Under the pieces are notes generated by a model. That model saw only the letters and a list, made by a program, of their open reading frames with translations, made no database searches and was not told where the DNA came from. Position numbers and translations under genes: made by a program. Below, piece after piece: positions 62,037 to 64,000 of a stretch of DNA of 64,000 nt (positions are counted from its first letter, which is position 1; each line of letters starts with the position of its first letter). Origin of the DNA: Podospora anserina (taxonomy: Eukaryota); NCBI GenBank assembly GCA_017654855.1, contig CM030333.1, forward strand, positions 4,340,001 through 4,404,000, given 5' to 3'.

Positions 62037-63806
62037 GATGTCTGATCAGGGGAGTGGGGTATTAGACATGGCTTTTGGTGCCCAATCTGTACAGCCACTG
62101 ATTGACAGAATGGGAAGAGTTTGAGAAAATATATCATGTTTTTTGGACTTTGGTAAACACCTGAAGCGTTTTTTTTTATTTGACCAGTATGTTGCCGTCT
62201 TGGTGATCGGATACCTCTTTGGAAGGATACACACAAGGCCGGCAAGGTTAAGAAAACAACGTCATGGATGACGGCCGGACGAAAGTCTAGCCTGATAGCA
62301 AGGGAATGACTATATATAATTCAAAAAGCAACTGGATGCTGGGAAAGGAAGGGTATTTTGTCGTTTGATTGCGAGGGATATACCTATGCGGCCTTTTGGC
62401 GGCAGGATATAGAGTATGTCTTGTGGTGTGAGTCACTGTCACTGTATTGGCTGGAGGTATTAATTCTGGGTTTGGGGGGTGGGTGAGTGGGCTCTTGTGG
62501 GTGGAAAATACGGCAGTGTGGAGCGTTGACCAAGTTGACGGGTTAATGTTTGATGTGGTTCACGTCATAAAACACATACACATTCTTCAGCAGCCCATGT
62601 GACATTTCAATCACTTCGACTTCTTCTCCCTTGTACACCATCTAACTCATTGCCACTACCACTACCAACTACAGCTACGAATACAGCTACTTTTTTTCTT
62701 TTTTTCTTACAGCACGTGAGCAGTGGGTGGGGAGCGGGAATCGTGAACGGTCTTCATCAGGGCAGGCAGGCCATACGTAGGTAGTCGTCAGGTTTCTCGT
62801 CACCATTGCAAAAAAGAAGAAGCCATACCATCCATTCATTGTAGTAGGGCCCCCGCTATAGAAGGAAGAACGAGCAGGTCTTTGAATAATAGAAGAAACG
62901 ACAAACAAAAGTAACCGAAAAAAAAAGATAAAGTAGAAGAAGAAGAAGCAAAAAAAAAAGAGTGAGACACATAGTCGTCCGGAGAAGAAGAATAGGAAAA
63001 GAAAGAAAAAAAGGGAAGAGAGGAAAATAACAACAATATTCGTCCAGAAGCTTCTCGGAAAGCAACCACACCCCCATTCTATTGCAACCCAAACCAATTT
63101 CCCCTTCCTCCCTCCGCTCTCCCCTCTTTTTCGCTTTTCCCTCTCTCCCTCCTCCAGCAGCCGTCCCCTCCCTTGACCAGCCAACAAACACTTGCCTCTG
63201 TGATTTCATCTGGTGTCCCAAGTAGTAAACCCGGCACACAAGACTTTTCTGTATCTGCAGTCCGGCCCACTCTTTCCGTCCCGGTGTACCTTGCCCATTG
63301 AAAGGCGGAGAAACGGAGCGGAAAAAGGCTGAATGATTCTTGAGGATCGATTATTGATTCGAGGCGCAATGGCCAATAGCCCTTTTTGTTGTAATTTTGC
63401 CCACCACTCCAACCACCCATCCAGCCACCCTGAGCCCACTGAAAGCCAACCACCAAAAGCAGCAAGATAATAGCATACTCCCTCGCGTAGACTGAAATGA
63501 AGTAACCCCGATGCTATGTACTTCGTCGAAATCTGAATTATTAACAACAAAATCATCAGCATTCATGCCCCGCCTGAGCGGTCGTTGAACCGACTGGGTG
63601 CCGCCGTCTAATAAGCTCCAGTATCATTTTCGTCAACAGACATTGCGAGGTATTGGTAAAGCCAAACGCAGGGCTCGCGGCATGAGCCAAGGGGGAAGAG
63701 TGGTCGTGTGAATTGGGATGGGATGGAGATGACGACTTTCAGGAAAGGATGACCGCCTGTTGCCGAAGAGACTGTAATTATTTATGCAGACCGATCGATC
63801 CAAAGA

Positions 63807-64000
63807 TCACCGCTGCCCCCTGCCAGAGCCCGCCGAGTTCTGTCTCTCGTGCGTGGGCCGACGGTCTCTCCGGTCACCGTCCTGGAGGTTGAGTGAATCC
63901 AGCCTCATCTGGTTGTCCTCGGTTGCGTCCACTTCGTTCAAAGCGGGCATTTGGGTTACGGCGGTCCGGGTTGGTGGGCCCCCAGCAGCCGAGCTCGTTC
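63807..64000 (-). CDS. C-terminal end of a gene entering from the right; possibly PP2A B' (B56/Rts1) regulatory subunit
   Basis: Open minus frame ...EVDATEDNQMRLDSLNLQDGDRRDRRPTHERQNSAGSGRGQR*; family guess is from recollection of a low-conservation tail only. Confidence 0.4.
   Translation of the reverse strand, partial: TSSAAGGPPTRTAVTQMPALNEVDATEDNQMRLDSLNLQDGDRRDRRPTHERQNSAGSGRGQR

Noticed and set aside
62600-63560. Phe/Lys-rich ORFs
   Set aside because: Products of A/T-rich low-complexity sequence, probably a 3' UTR.
1-64000. tRNA, 5S rRNA, transposase/RT or secondary-metabolite cluster
   Set aside because: None recognised by eye; tRNAscan-SE and repeat searches were not run.

Overview
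Intron-rich, gene-dense eukaryotic DNA from a filamentous ascomycete (GT-AG introns with CTAAC branch points; a Sordariales/Podospora-like origin is my inference). About 23 protein-coding genes, mostly housekeeping: FDH, MMTAG2-like, MED6, DHR1, PAC3, RPL28/uL15, cyclase, TIM22, GH16, PRP45, p24, PhoD, trimethyllysine dioxygenase, SDR, calcineurin A, UBP15, BCKD/PDK kinase, CDC12, PWP2, questin-oxidase-like, inositol 5-phosphatase and a CID/RS protein. The standout is the apparently empty interval ~10.1-11.6 kb. On the minus strand it holds six diverged tandem copies of one ~80-nt box C/D snoRNA, each in its own spliceosomal intron of a non-coding host transcript that begins ~100 nt after the DHR1 stop codon. 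Both guides are complementary to adjacent segments of LSU rRNA (rRNA sequence recalled, not aligned). Also notable: a stop-free first intron in FDH that encodes a mitochondrial-presequence-like peptide, and a splicing-dependent C-terminal SKL in the questin-oxidase-like gene. All exon boundaries and family calls were made by eye without database searches.
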